DNA of 64,000 nt from an uncultured Gemmatimonadales bacterium (lineage in GTDB: Bacteria; Gemmatimonadota; Gemmatimonadetes; Longimicrobiales; RSA9). The DNA lies in contig CAVUKA010000001.1 in NCBI GenBank assembly GCA_963741945.1, forward strand, positions 512,001-576,000, read 5' to 3'. The translations under genes were made by a program, and so were the position numbers. This document shows positions 19,643 to 29,240 of the stretch, piece after piece (position 1 is the stretch's first letter; each line of letters starts with the position of its first letter). The notes beneath the pieces are model-generated. The model had not been told where the DNA came from, made no database searches, and saw only the letters and a list, made by a program, of their open reading frames with translations.

Positions 19643-21238
19643 ATGCCCTCGCCCAGCTACGGCTTCGGAGCCTATCTCGACGCGCTTTCCAGCGACTGGT
19701 TCGCCGACGACCGCCTCCTCCAGCAGCTCCTCGACCGCTACGCCGGCGGCGCGGGCCGGGACCGTATCGCCGCCTTCGGCCCGGTCGCGGCCGGCCGGCT
19801 GCGCGCGCTGGCGGAGGAGTCGGCGCGGCCGGCGAACGCGCCGCGGTTGCGTCGCCTGGATGGCTGGGATCGGCGCGTGGACGCCATCGAGCTCCCGGGC
19901 TCCACGGTGGAAGCGCTGGCGGTCGCCGAGGGCGACGCCGGGCTCGGCGCGGTCCACGGCGATCCGTTCGTTCACTATGCCATGATCTACCTCCTGGCGC
20001 AGAACGGTGAGGCCGGGGTGGCGTGCTCGCTGGCGTGCACGGACGGCCTGGTCCGCGCCCTCGACGCCGTCGGGGACCGGCCGGTCCACGCCCGCGTGGC
20101 GGCCGCGGTGCGGGCGTCCACGGCGGAGCGCTACGTCCACGGGGCTCAGTTCGTCACGGAGATCCAGGGGGGCTCGGACATTCCCGCCAACGAGGCGGTG
20201 GCGGTACCCGACGGCGATGCGTACCGGATCCGCGGCCAGAAATGGTTCTGCTCCAACATCAACGCCGACTGGTTCCTGGTGACGGCGCGCGCGCTGGAAC
20301 GGGACGGAGCGGACGCGGACGACGAGGGCGGCATCCCGCCCGAGGCCCTCGCCGACGCTCCCGTCTCCCTATTCCTCGTCCCGGCGCTCGCCGGGGAGGA
20401 GGACCCGGGGCCGCGCCCCGACGCCGGGGGCGACGCCCGGCTGGCCGGCGGTGCGCGCAACGGCTACGACATCGACCGCCTGAAGGAGAAGCTCGGGACC
20501 CGGGAGCTGGCCACGGCCGAAGTCACGTTCCACGGCGCGCTGGCATGGCCGGTGGGGCCCCTCGAGCGCGGCGTGCCCAACCTGCTGCGCTACGTGCTGA
20601 CCCCGTCCCGGGTGGCGTGCGTTCTGTTCGCGGCCGCTGCGCTGCGGCGAGCCGAGCGGGTCACGCGCGCCTACACGGGCTTCCGCCAGGCGTTCGGGCG
20701 GCCCATCGCCCAGTACCCGCTCGTGGCGCGCACCCTGGACCAGATCACGCGGGCACGCGCCGACGCGCTCGGCGCCGCGTTCGATCTGGTGCGGCGCTGG
20801 GAGGCCGCGGAAACGAGCGGATACCGGGCTGCGGACGCGGCGGATTTCCGGATCCTCCTGAGTCTGGCCAAACCCGTGCTCACGCGGCGCGCCACCACGC
20901 TGCTGCACGACGCCATGATGCTCCTGGCCGGCAATGGCATCGAGGAGGCGTTCTCGCCGCTCCCCCGCCTCTACAGGGACAGCGTGATCATGGAAACCTG
21001 GGAGGGCCCCCACAACGTCCTGTTCACCCAGGCGCTCCGCGACATGGCCCGCTTCCAGATCGAGCCCGGTCCGTTCCTCCGGCGGGTCACGGGCGACGAT
21101 CGGCCCACCATCCGCCAGGGGCTCGAGACCGCGCTCGCGGAGACAGCCGCCGGGCACCCGGGTGAGGGCGCGCTGGCAGTCGCGGACATCGCGCCTGAGC
21201 TCATCGCCGCCGCGGCGGAGATCGCGCTGGGCGGCTAG
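19643..21238 (+). CDS. Acyl-CoA dehydrogenase family protein, AidB-like
   Basis: [51 protein letters not shown] at 19643 behind GGAG. Confidence 0.85.
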   Translation: MPSPSYGFGAYLDALSSDWFADDRLLQQLLDRYAGGAGRDRIAAFGPVAAGRLRALAEESARPANAPRLRRLDGWDRRVDAIELPGSTVEALAVAEGDAGLGAVHGDPFVHYAMIYLLAQNGEAGVACSLACTDGLVRALDAVGDRPVHARVAAAVRASTAERYVHGAQFVTEIQGGSDIPANEAVAVPDGDAYRIRGQKWFCSNINADWFLVTARALERDGADADDEGGIPPEALADAPVSLFLVPALAGEEDPGPRPDAGGDARLAGGARNGYDIDRLKEKLGTRELATAEVTFHGALAWPVGPLERGVPNLLRYVLTPSRVACVLFAAAALRRAERVTRAYTGFRQAFGRPIAQYPLVARTLDQITRARADALGAAFDLVRRWEAAETSGYRAADAADFRILLSLAKPVLTRRATTLLHDAMMLLAGNGIEEAFSPLPRLYRDSVIMETWEGPHNVLFTQALRDMARFQIEPGPFLRRVTGDDRPTIRQGLETALAETAAGHPGEGALAVADIAPELIAAAAEIALGG

Positions 21239-21374
21239 CCGCAGGCCGGGGAACGGCGGGCCGGCAGCGGAGAGGCGGAACGCCGGCATTGCGAGGCGGG
21301 GTCCCCGGGAGGCATCATTGGGGCCGGACCCACCGCCTCGCGCGGCTCCCTCCCCTCTCCCCGGAGACACCTCG

Positions 21375-21833
21375 ATGCTGAGTGAATTCCGAAAGTTCGT
21401 GGCCCGCGGCAACGTCCTGGACATGGCCGTGGGGATCATCATCGGCGCCGCGTTCACCACCGTGGTGAAGTCGCTGGTCGACGACATCATCATGCCGCCC
21501 ATCGGCAGGCTCACGGGCGGTGTCGACTTCGCCAACCTCTACATCAATCTCTCCGGGGGGAGCTACGCGTCGCTGGCCGAGGCGAAGGATGCGGGGGCCG
21601 CGACCATCAACTACGGCCTCTTTCTGAACAACACCATCAGCTTCCTCATCGTGGCGTTCGCCGTCTTCATGCTGGTGCGCAACTACAACCGCTTCATGGA
21701 GCGCGGCGAGAAGGAAGAAGCCCCCGGCCCACAGCCGGAAGCGCGGCTCTGCCCGCAATGCCGGTTCGAGATCCCTCCCGAGGCCACGCGCTGCGGCCAC
21801 TGCACCACCCAGCTGACGGGCGTGCCGGCGTAA
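21375..21833 (+). CDS. mscL: Large-conductance mechanosensitive channel with C-terminal Cys4 ribbon
   Basis: [34 protein letters not shown]; tail CPQC..RCGHC. Confidence 0.95.
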   Translation: MLSEFRKFVARGNVLDMAVGIIIGAAFTTVVKSLVDDIIMPPIGRLTGGVDFANLYINLSGGSYASLAEAKDAGAATINYGLFLNNTISFLIVAFAVFMLVRNYNRFMERGEKEEAPGPQPEARLCPQCRFEIPPEATRCGHCTTQLTGVPA

Positions 21834-22011
21834 GAGCGGACGTGCGGCCCGGCGGCCGCCGCCGGGAGGGCCCGCCCACCGCCGCATGGGGGACGATCCG
21901 CGAGGCCGGCCGGTTGACGGCCCGCGTCGTGCAGCCGTATAGGTTACCGATCGTTCGCCCGCACCACCGCACCGGTGCGGGCGCCGCATTCCCCCACCGG
22001 AGCATCGATTC

Positions 22012-23112
22012 ATGGCGCGTTTCCCGAGATTGCCACGCATCCGCTCGACCGCACCCCTCGCCCTCGTGCTCGCCGCGGCAGCCCTGACCAGCGCGTGCGG
22101 CGACAGCAACCCCACCGGCGCGTCGGCCACGGCCGACGTGAAGGTGATGACCCAGAACCTCTATCTCGGTGGCGACATCTTCAAGCTGACCGAGGCGACC
22201 TCCCCCACGCAGGTCCCGGCGCTGGCCGCCCAGATCTTCGCCACCGTCAAGGCCAACGATTTCCCGGCGCGCGCGGGCGCGCTCGCGGCGGAGATCGCGG
22301 CCGCCAACCCGGACCTCATCGGGCTCCAGGAGGTCGAAACGTTCCGGATCCAGGACCCGAGCGACTACGTCACCGGCACGACGGGGCCGAACGCCACCAC
22401 CGTGTACCTGGACTTCCTGGCCGTGCTCATGGACTCCCTCACCGCGCGCGGTCTGAACTACCAGGTGGCCAGCGAAGTGGAGAACGCGGACGTGGAGCTC
22501 CCGGCCGCGAAGAGCGCGACGGAGTTCTTCGACATCCGGATGACCGACCATGACGTCATCCTGGCCAGGTCCGACGTCCAGACGAGCAACCCGGGATCGG
22601 CGCAGTACCAGACGCGCGTTCCGTTCGAGCTGGCGCCCGGTGACACCGTCTGGTTCCAGCGCGGCTACGCATGGGTGGACGCCCGCCTCGAGGATGTCGA
22701 CTTCACCTTCGCCAGCACGCACCTCGAAGTGAGCGCGGGCGGGCAGCTGACCCTGGTCCAGCAGGCACAGGCGGCCGAGCTGATGCAGCACTTTTCCGGT
22801 CAGTCGCCGCTCATCGTGGTGGGTGACTTCAATTCCGCCCCGGGCACCGCCCCGTACAACGATCTCACGGGCATGTTCACGGACGCGTGGACGGCGTCCG
22901 GGAGCTCCGGCGCGGGGCTCACCTGTTGCCAGCCGGAGCTGCTGAGCCAGAGTCAGTCCCTGTACGAGCGCATCGACCTGGTCCTCTTCACCGCTGGCGT
23001 CGACGCGGTCGCCGTCCACGTGGTCGGGAACCAGGCGACGGACAAGACGGCCAGCGGCCTCTGGCCCTCCGACCACGCGGGCGTGGTGGCCGAGCTGCAG
23101 GTCAACGACTAG
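22012..23112 (+). CDS. Endonuclease/exonuclease/phosphatase (EEP) family lipoprotein
   Basis: Lipobox LTSA-C, then MTQNL, GLQE, THL, GDFN, RID and SDH motifs. Confidence 0.88.
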   Translation: MARFPRLPRIRSTAPLALVLAAAALTSACGDSNPTGASATADVKVMTQNLYLGGDIFKLTEATSPTQVPALAAQIFATVKANDFPARAGALAAEIAAANPDLIGLQEVETFRIQDPSDYVTGTTGPNATTVYLDFLAVLMDSLTARGLNYQVASEVENADVELPAAKSATEFFDIRMTDHDVILARSDVQTSNPGSAQYQTRVPFELAPGDTVWFQRGYAWVDARLEDVDFTFASTHLEVSAGGQLTLVQQAQAAELMQHFSGQSPLIVVGDFNSAPGTAPYNDLTGMFTDAWTASGSSGAGLTCCQPELLSQSQSLYERIDLVLFTAGVDAVAVHVVGNQATDKTASGLWPSDHAGVVAELQVND

Positions 23113-23273
23113 GACCGACCCGAGCCCGTACCCTCCCCCCGGGCGGAGGGGGCCGCGCCCCCTCCGCCACCGCGCTCCGCGGCCGCTCAGCGGCGCGCTG
23201 GTCCGATTCTCGCGCGCCCACGAGCGCCACTGGAGCCGCAGGAGCCGCCGCAGGAGCCGCGGCAGGAGGGCGC

Positions 23274-25058
23274 ATGCGGGACGATCATCTGAAAGAGCAC
23301 GGGATCGGAGCCCTCGACTTCCGGGCGCTCTTCGAGGCCACGCCCACCCCCTACGCAGTGATCAGCCCGCCCGAGTTCACCATCGAGGCGGTCAACGACG
23401 CCTACCTGAGGGCCACGGCGAAACGCCGCGAGCAGATCCTCGGAGAGCCCCTGTTCCACGTCTTCCCGGACGACGCATCGGATCCCGACGCCACCGGGGC
23501 GACGAGCCTGCTCCGCTCCCTCCGGACGGTCGTGCGTACGAAACGGCCGGACGCCATGCCGGTGCAGAAGTACAGCCTTCACGCGCCGGAGACCGGGGAT
23601 GAGGAGGCCGAGGCCCGATGGTGGGCGGTTCTCAACACTCCGGTCCTGGACACGGACGGGAGCGTCCTGCGCGTCATCCACCGGATCGAAGACGTGACCG
23701 AGGCTGTCCGATCGAGAGCCCCGCGGGAGATCCGGTCTCTGATCAAGGCGCAGCAGAACGCCATCGTTCGCCTGCGCGAAGCCAATGACGCGCTGCACCG
23801 CGAATCGGAGGAGCGGCGGATGGCCGAAGATCGGCTCCGTGCCGTCCTGGAGAACTCCGTGGACGCCGCGTATCGTCGCAACTTCGAATCCGAGTCGTAC
23901 GACTACCTGGGCCCGGCCACGCACGGGGTGCTCGGCGTAGAAGCCGAAACGCTCATGCGGATGCCCATGGAGAAAGTGGTCCTGAGGCTCCACCCCGATG
24001 ACCGCAGCCGGGTGGTGGACGCCATGGAGACGGCCATCGCCACGGGAGAAGGGCGCATTGAATACCGCTTCTTCGGCGACGACCACCGGTATCACTGGGT
24101 GGCCGACTACTTCACCGTCCAGCGGGACGAGAGCGGGCGCCCGGTGTCGCGCACCGGCGTGATCCGCAACATCGCGGCGAGGAAGAAGGCCGAGGCGGAG
24201 CGCGACCGCCAGCAGCAGGCCGCCGAGCTGGCCAACCGCGCCAAGAGCCAGTTCCTCGCCGTCATGAGCCACGAGATCCGGACACCGCTGAACGCCATCC
24301 TCGGCTATACCAACCTGCTCCGGGACGGGGTGCTCGGAGAGATGCCCCCGCCCCAGGCCGAGTACCTCCAGCGCATTGCCGCCAACGGGTCCCACCTCCT
24401 CACGCTCATCAACGATGTCCTCGACCTCGCGAAGATCGAGTCCGGCGAGCTGTCCATCCGGATCCAGCCCGTCCTCGCCCACGCCGCCATCCAGCAGGCG
24501 CTGGCCGTCATCGAGCCGCTCGTGAAAGCGAAGGGGCTGAGCCTCCAGGGCGACAATGTCCTGCACGCCAGCGTGCAGGTGTGGGGGGACGAGGACCGAG
24601 TCCGGCAAGTGCTCGTGAACCTCCTTTCCAACGCGTCCAAGTTCACGGAGCGGGGGACCATCCACCTGCGCACCCTCGTGCGCGCCCGCCGCCCCGCGGT
24701 CCTCCATGCCGCCCATGAAGGACCATGGATCGGCCTGGAAGTGCGCGACACGGGGATCGGCATTCCACCCGGCGCCTTCGAGCGGATCTTCCAGCCGTTC
24801 GTGCAGCAGGAAGGGAACATCTACACGCGCACCCACGAGGGCACCGGTCTCGGGCTCGCCATCAGTCGCCGGCTCGCTCGCATGATGGGCGGCGACGTCA
24901 CGGTGGAAAGCACCGAGGGCGAAGGGTCCACCTTCATCCTCTGGCTGGCGGCCGTCCAGGACAGCGACACCGGCCCGCCGGATCGGCGCACCGGAGACGA
25001 TCGCCGCACCGGGCTGAAGCGCCGCAGCGGCGAGCGGCGGTCGGCCGACCCGGACTGA
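23274..25058 (+). CDS. Cytoplasmic PAS-PAS histidine kinase with Arg-rich C-terminal tail
   Basis: MSHEIRTPLNAI, NLLSNASKFT, DTGIGI, GTGLGL. ATG at 23274 behind AGGAGG. Confidence 0.92.
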   Translation: MRDDHLKEHGIGALDFRALFEATPTPYAVISPPEFTIEAVNDAYLRATAKRREQILGEPLFHVFPDDASDPDATGATSLLRSLRTVVRTKRPDAMPVQKYSLHAPETGDEEAEARWWAVLNTPVLDTDGSVLRVIHRIEDVTEAVRSRAPREIRSLIKAQQNAIVRLREANDALHRESEERRMAEDRLRAVLENSVDAAYRRNFESESYDYLGPATHGVLGVEAETLMRMPMEKVVLRLHPDDRSRVVDAMETAIATGEGRIEYRFFGDDHRYHWVADYFTVQRDESGRPVSRTGVIRNIAARKKAEAERDRQQQAAELANRAKSQFLAVMSHEIRTPLNAILGYTNLLRDGVLGEMPPPQAEYLQRIAANGSHLLTLINDVLDLAKIESGELSIRIQPVLAHAAIQQALAVIEPLVKAKGLSLQGDNVLHASVQVWGDEDRVRQVLVNLLSNASKFTERGTIHLRTLVRARRPAVLHAAHEGPWIGLEVRDTGIGIPPGAFERIFQPFVQQEGNIYTRTHEGTGLGLAISRRLARMMGGDVTVESTEGEGSTFILWLAAVQDSDTGPPDRRTGDDRRTGLKRRSGERRSADPD

Positions 25059-25063
25059 CGCGC

Positions 25064-25603
25064 GTGCTCCGCTCCGCCCCGACGCGCCCGGGCACCGCAG
25101 CGCTCCTGCTCTTCCTCGCCGCCGGCTGCGGCGGCTCACCGCCCCGCGACCTCGCAGGGTTCCGGCTCGGCATGTCGCAGGCGGAAGTCATGGACGAAGC
25201 GCAGCGCCGCGGCGGCTTCACGTGCCGGCTCACAGGGACGCGGCCGAGCGAGGCCACCTGCACTGGTCCGTCCGCCGAGGGTGAGGTCGGAATCCTCGTC
25301 CGCGGCGACGCCGCCCTCCTCATCACGCTCCGCAACGACCTCCCGGCCGATCATCCCGCACGCGCCATGCGGCGCTTCGTCCGCGGCTTCGGCAGGCCCG
25401 CGTGGCGCGACCGGCCCTGGCCGCCCCGCCCCGCCCCGGCCGAGGGGTATCACACCCTCTGGCTGGACCACGACAGCACCCGCGCCGCCGCGGTCACCTG
25501 CCGCGGCCCCAGGCTCCAGCCTCCCTGCTCCGTGACCCTCTACCGCACCACGCCCGCCCGCGTCCAGGCGCGCCTGGATACGCTGCTCGGCATCCGCCGC
25601 TGA
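25064..25603 (+). CDS. Hypothetical lipoprotein
   Basis: 3' part of ORF 24725..25603 from GTG 25064. Lipobox LAAG-C, LAGFRLGMS motif and two further Cys pairs. Confidence 0.55.
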   Translation: MLRSAPTRPGTAALLLFLAAGCGGSPPRDLAGFRLGMSQAEVMDEAQRRGGFTCRLTGTRPSEATCTGPSAEGEVGILVRGDAALLITLRNDLPADHPARAMRRFVRGFGRPAWRDRPWPPRPAPAEGYHTLWLDHDSTRAAAVTCRGPRLQPPCSVTLYRTTPARVQARLDTLLGIRR

Positions 25604-25627
25604 TGAGCACACCTCTTGCACGGGTCA

Positions 25628-25642
25628 CAATAATAATTATTG
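25628..25642. promoter_or_regulatory. Fur/PerR-type 7-1-7 operator
   Basis: Perfect inverted repeat CAATAAT-A-ATTATTG in GC-rich DNA, 33 bp before the ATPase ATG. Confidence 0.75.
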
Positions 25643-25675
25643 ATCGCGGAAAACGACCCGGAGGGTACACCCATC

Positions 25676-27676
25676 ATGCCCGCAGCGGACGGCACACGGA
25701 CCGAGGACCTGGGAACAGACAGCTCGTGGCCGCGCGGCGCCGTCGCCCGCGGCGCGGTGCTGACGGGGCTGACGCTGGCGGGGCTGCTCCTCGGGCTGCT
25801 CACGGGCGGCGCCGTGCGCTGGGGGTTCTTCGCGCTTTCGCTTCTCGCCGGGGGGATCCCGGCGGCGAGGGAGGCGGTGCGTGCGCTGGTGGCGGAGCGG
25901 AAGCTGGACGTGGACCTGCTGATGGTGGTGGCGGCGCTGGGTGCCGCGAGCGTGGGCCAGGCGGCGGACGGCGCCATCCTGCTCTTCCTCTTCAGCCTCT
26001 CGAACACGCTCCAGGACTGGGCGCTGGGTCGGACGAAGGGGGCCATCGAAGCGCTCATGGCGCTCAACCCGGAGGGTGCTCGGCGAGTCTCGTCGGACGG
26101 CAGCGAGGAGTGGGTGGCGCTGGAGGACCTCCGGGCCGGGGATGAGGTCCGGGTCCGTCCCGGCGAGCGGATCCCGGCGGACGCCCGGCTGTTGGAGGGT
26201 CACACATCGGTGGACGAGAGCGCGCTGACGGGAGAGTCGGTGCCGATCGACAAGGAGCCGGGGTCGGCGCTGCTGAGCGGGACACTGAACGGGACCGGTG
26301 TGGTGCGGGCGAGGGTGGAGCGCGCGGCGAGCGAGAGCACGCTGGCGAAGCTGGTGCGGCTGGTGGAGCAGGCGCAGGCGGCGAAAGGTCCGACGGAGCG
26401 GTTCGCCGAGCGGTTCGAGGGTCCGTACACGATTCTCGTGCTGCTGTCCGTGCCCGTGGTCTTCGCGGGGTTCCACCTGCTGGGCGATCTGGGCACCGCT
26501 CAGGCGTGGTACCGGGCCATGACGTTCCTGGTTGTGGCGTCGCCGTGCGCGGTGGTGATCAGCACACCGGCCGCCGTGCTGTCGGCCATGGCCGCGGGCG
26601 CGCGCTCCGGGGCGCTCTTCAAGAGCGGCGCGGCGCTGGAGGCGCTGGCGGCGGCGGAGATCGTGGCGTTCGACAAGACGGGAACGCTGACTGAGGGGAA
26701 GATGTGGCTGGAGCGGGTGATCCCCCTGGACGGCGATGAGGCGGGGCTCCGCGCACTGGCCGCGGGGCTGGAGCGCCACAGCGAGCATCCCATTGCCCGT
26801 GCCATTGTGCGCGCGTGGCGGGGTCCCGTGCCGGAGCTCACGGGTGTGCGGGCCGTGCCGGGCCAGGGCGTGGTCGGGGTGTCGAACGGCGAGGAAGTCT
26901 GGGCGGGCACGCGTCGCCTGGCCGAAAGCCGCGGTGTGACGATCGACGCGAAGCTGGAGCGGCGGCTCACGGCGCTCGAGGAGGAGGGCTTCACCACGGT
27001 CCTCCTGGGCCGCGGGGGTCGCCCGGTGGCGATCCTGACCGCGGCGGACCGGGTGCGGGAGGAGGCGCGGGAGACGGTGGCGGCGCTGCGCGCCACCGGT
27101 CACCGCGTGGTCATGCTGACGGGTGACCGCGAGGTCGTGGCCCGGCGAATCGCCCGGGAGGTGGGGATCGACGAGATCCGCGCCGAGCTCCTGCCGGAAG
27201 ACAAGCTGACCGCCGTCTCGGAGCTGGAGCGGGCGGCGCCCACGGTGATGGTCGGCGACGGCATCAACGACGCCCCTGCCCTGGCCGCCGCCCACCTGGG
27301 CGTGGCCATGGGCGCCGGCTCCGACGTCTCCATCGAGAGCGCCGACGTGGTGCTCCTCGACGGCGACCTGCTCCGCCTCCGGAACGCCGTGGAGCTGGCG
27401 CGCCGGGCCGCCCGCACGATCCGTTTCAACCTGACCTTCGCGCTATCCATCATCGGGGGCGTGGGCACGCTCGCCCTCTTCGGCCAGATCCCGCTGCCGC
27501 TGGGCGTCATCGCCCACGAGGGCGGCACGCTGTTCGTGGTGGCCGTGGGGCTCCGCCTGCTGGCGCACCGGGACCGCCGGCACACGACGGCGGGGGCCGC
27601 CGCGGCGGGGGCCCGGCAAACGGCGCCGCCGCTGCGGTCGGGCGCCAAGCATCCGGCGCCCGCGCTGGGGGAGTAG
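25676..27676 (+). CDS. Heavy-metal P1B-type ATPase, P1B-4 subgroup
   Basis: TGES, SPC, DKTGT, SEHP, GDGIND and HEGGT motifs. No N-terminal metal-binding domain. Confidence 0.93.
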   Translation: MPAADGTRTEDLGTDSSWPRGAVARGAVLTGLTLAGLLLGLLTGGAVRWGFFALSLLAGGIPAAREAVRALVAERKLDVDLLMVVAALGAASVGQAADGAILLFLFSLSNTLQDWALGRTKGAIEALMALNPEGARRVSSDGSEEWVALEDLRAGDEVRVRPGERIPADARLLEGHTSVDESALTGESVPIDKEPGSALLSGTLNGTGVVRARVERAASESTLAKLVRLVEQAQAAKGPTERFAERFEGPYTILVLLSVPVVFAGFHLLGDLGTAQAWYRAMTFLVVASPCAVVISTPAAVLSAMAAGARSGALFKSGAALEALAAAEIVAFDKTGTLTEGKMWLERVIPLDGDEAGLRALAAGLERHSEHPIARAIVRAWRGPVPELTGVRAVPGQGVVGVSNGEEVWAGTRRLAESRGVTIDAKLERRLTALEEEGFTTVLLGRGGRPVAILTAADRVREEARETVAALRATGHRVVMLTGDREVVARRIAREVGIDEIRAELLPEDKLTAVSELERAAPTVMVGDGINDAPALAAAHLGVAMGAGSDVSIESADVVLLDGDLLRLRNAVELARRAARTIRFNLTFALSIIGGVGTLALFGQIPLPLGVIAHEGGTLFVVAVGLRLLAHRDRRHTTAGAAAAGARQTAPPLRSGAKHPAPALGE

Positions 27677-27710
27677 CCCCCCGATCGTGGCTCTCCGCCG
27701 TCGCTCCGCC

Positions 27711-28796
27711 TCAGGGGTTGCGGTAGACCACGGCGTTGACGTTCATGCCCGCACCCACGGAAGCGAAGACCACCAGGTCCCCCGCCCCGAGGCGATGCCC
27801 GTCCAGCTCGCCGCGGCGGACCAGGTCGAGCATGGTGGGCAGCGTGGCCACGGAGCTGTTGCCCAGCCACGAGATGGTCATGGGCATGATGTCGTCGGGG
27901 ATCTCGTCGATGCCGCAGCGCTCGAACAGGCGCCGCAGAATGGCCTCGTCCATCTTCTCGTTGGCCTGATGGATCAGGACCTTGGACACATCGCCCAGCG
28001 TCAGCCCCGCCCGCTTCAGGCTCTCCTCCACCACGCCCGGGACCGTCTGCAGCGCGTACTGGTACAGCCGGCGCCCGTTCATCTTCAGGAACAGCCGCTC
28101 CGGATCCTCGTCCGGATCATATGACGGGCCCATGCGCAAGAGTCGCGCGTGCTCCAGCGTGTCGGAGCGCGTGAGGTGGCTCAGGACGCCCACCGGTTCC
28201 CCGGACTCCACCGCCTCGACCACCGCGGCGCCGGCGCCATCGGCGTACAGCATGCTGTCGCGGTCGGCGGGGTCGCTGACCCGGGACAGGGTCTCGGTGC
28301 CCACGACCAGCGCGCGCCGGGCGTCGCCCACGCGCACGAGCTGGTCGGCCTGGATCAGCCCCTGGAGCCAGCCCGGGCAGCCGAAAGGCAGGTCGTAGGC
28401 CACGCACCACGGGTTGGCGATGGCCAGCCGCTCCTTGATCCGCGCGGCCAGCGTCGGGCAGAAGTCGAGGCGAGGGTTGTCCGCGGCCACGTCGCCGAAA
28501 TTGTGGGCGACAATGATGTAGTCCAGCGTCTCCGGGTCGATCCCCGCGTCCGCCACCGCCGCCTTCGCGGCCATGGCGCCCATGTCGGAAGCCACCAGGT
28601 CACCGGTGACCCAGCGGCGCGCAGAGATGCCCGTGATCTGGTGGAACTTGTCGAGCACCCGCTCGTTCTCCCCCGGGTCGACGGGCCGGCCGTAGTCCAG
28701 GTAGAACGGGTTGTCGACGAACGCCCGGTTTTCCACCCTCCGCGTCGGGAGGTAGTGGCCGGTTCCCCTGATGACCGTCCGTATTCGGTTAGGCAC
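27711..28796 (-). CDS. fabH: 3-oxoacyl-ACP synthase III family
   Basis: Cys (FGCPG), His (IHQAN) and Asn (GNSS) triad, plus DGAGA and SVGAG. Confidence 0.9.
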   Translation of the reverse strand: MPNRIRTVIRGTGHYLPTRRVENRAFVDNPFYLDYGRPVDPGENERVLDKFHQITGISARRWVTGDLVASDMGAMAAKAAVADAGIDPETLDYIIVAHNFGDVAADNPRLDFCPTLAARIKERLAIANPWCVAYDLPFGCPGWLQGLIQADQLVRVGDARRALVVGTETLSRVSDPADRDSMLYADGAGAAVVEAVESGEPVGVLSHLTRSDTLEHARLLRMGPSYDPDEDPERLFLKMNGRRLYQYALQTVPGVVEESLKRAGLTLGDVSKVLIHQANEKMDEAILRRLFERCGIDEIPDDIMPMTISWLGNSSVATLPTMLDLVRRGELDGHRLGAGDLVVFASVGAGMNVNAVVYRNP

Positions 28797-28896
28797 GTGA
28801 GCTATGCTGGGAGTGAACAGGCGTGCAAACTAATGCGCCAGCACCGGCACGGACCACCCTCTCGCCGCAGAACAGCCGAGTTTCGTGCCACAATGA

Positions 28897-28932
28897 CAAG
28901 CGCCCCAGGGGGGATCCCTCTTGGGGCGCTTG
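28897..28932 (-). terminator. Hairpin downstream of tRNA-Met
   Basis: caagcgcccca/tggggcgcttg 11-bp perfect stem, 22 bp beyond the tRNA 3' end. Confidence 0.5.
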
Positions 28933-28954
28933 CACATCCAGCCGTTCGGTCGAG

Positions 28955-29027
28955 TAGCAGGGGGGGGACTCGAACCCCCAACACACGGATTATGATTCCG
29001 CTGCTCTACCGATTGAGCTACCCTGCC
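28955..29027 (-). tRNA. tRNA-Met (CAT), probably elongator; CCA not encoded
   Basis: GGCAGGGTAGCTCAATCGGTAGAGCAGCGGAATCATAATCCGTGTGTTGGGGGTTCGAGTCCCCCCCCTGCTA folds as a cloverleaf with CAT anticodon. Lacks the initiator C1:A72 mismatch and the three G-C anticodon-stem pairs. Ile2 cannot be fully excluded. Confidence 0.93.
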
Positions 29028-29041
29028 GCCACAGACACGAA

Positions 29042-29069
29042 AAGGTACCCGAACGACGGGGGTTGTCAA
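29042..29069 (-). promoter_or_regulatory. sigma70-type promoter of the tRNA
   Basis: Minus strand reads TTGACA-N16-TACCTT, ending 14 bp before the tRNA 5' end. Confidence 0.7.
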
Positions 29070-29240
29070 CCACCGACGCGCCCATCCTCCGGCGCCCCGC
29101 GGAGCCGGTCGTGGAACCCTCTGGCTTTCTGGAACACAAATGCGCAGAATAGACATCTGCTTCCGCGCTGCCCGCCTGCGCGGGTCAGCGCGGGTCAATC
29201 GTGCGCGCTCCCGTGAGGTCCCCCTGCCGAGAGGAGCCCC

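Noticed and set aside
23187-23209. sigma28-like site (TCAG...TCCGATTC) before the 23274 kinase
   Set aside because: The spacer is 11 bp instead of 15-16 and the -10 match is weak.
23228-23268. Short ggagccgc(a/c) repeats upstream of the PAS kinase
   Set aside because: Three short imperfect GC-rich units, too weak to distinguish from low-complexity background.
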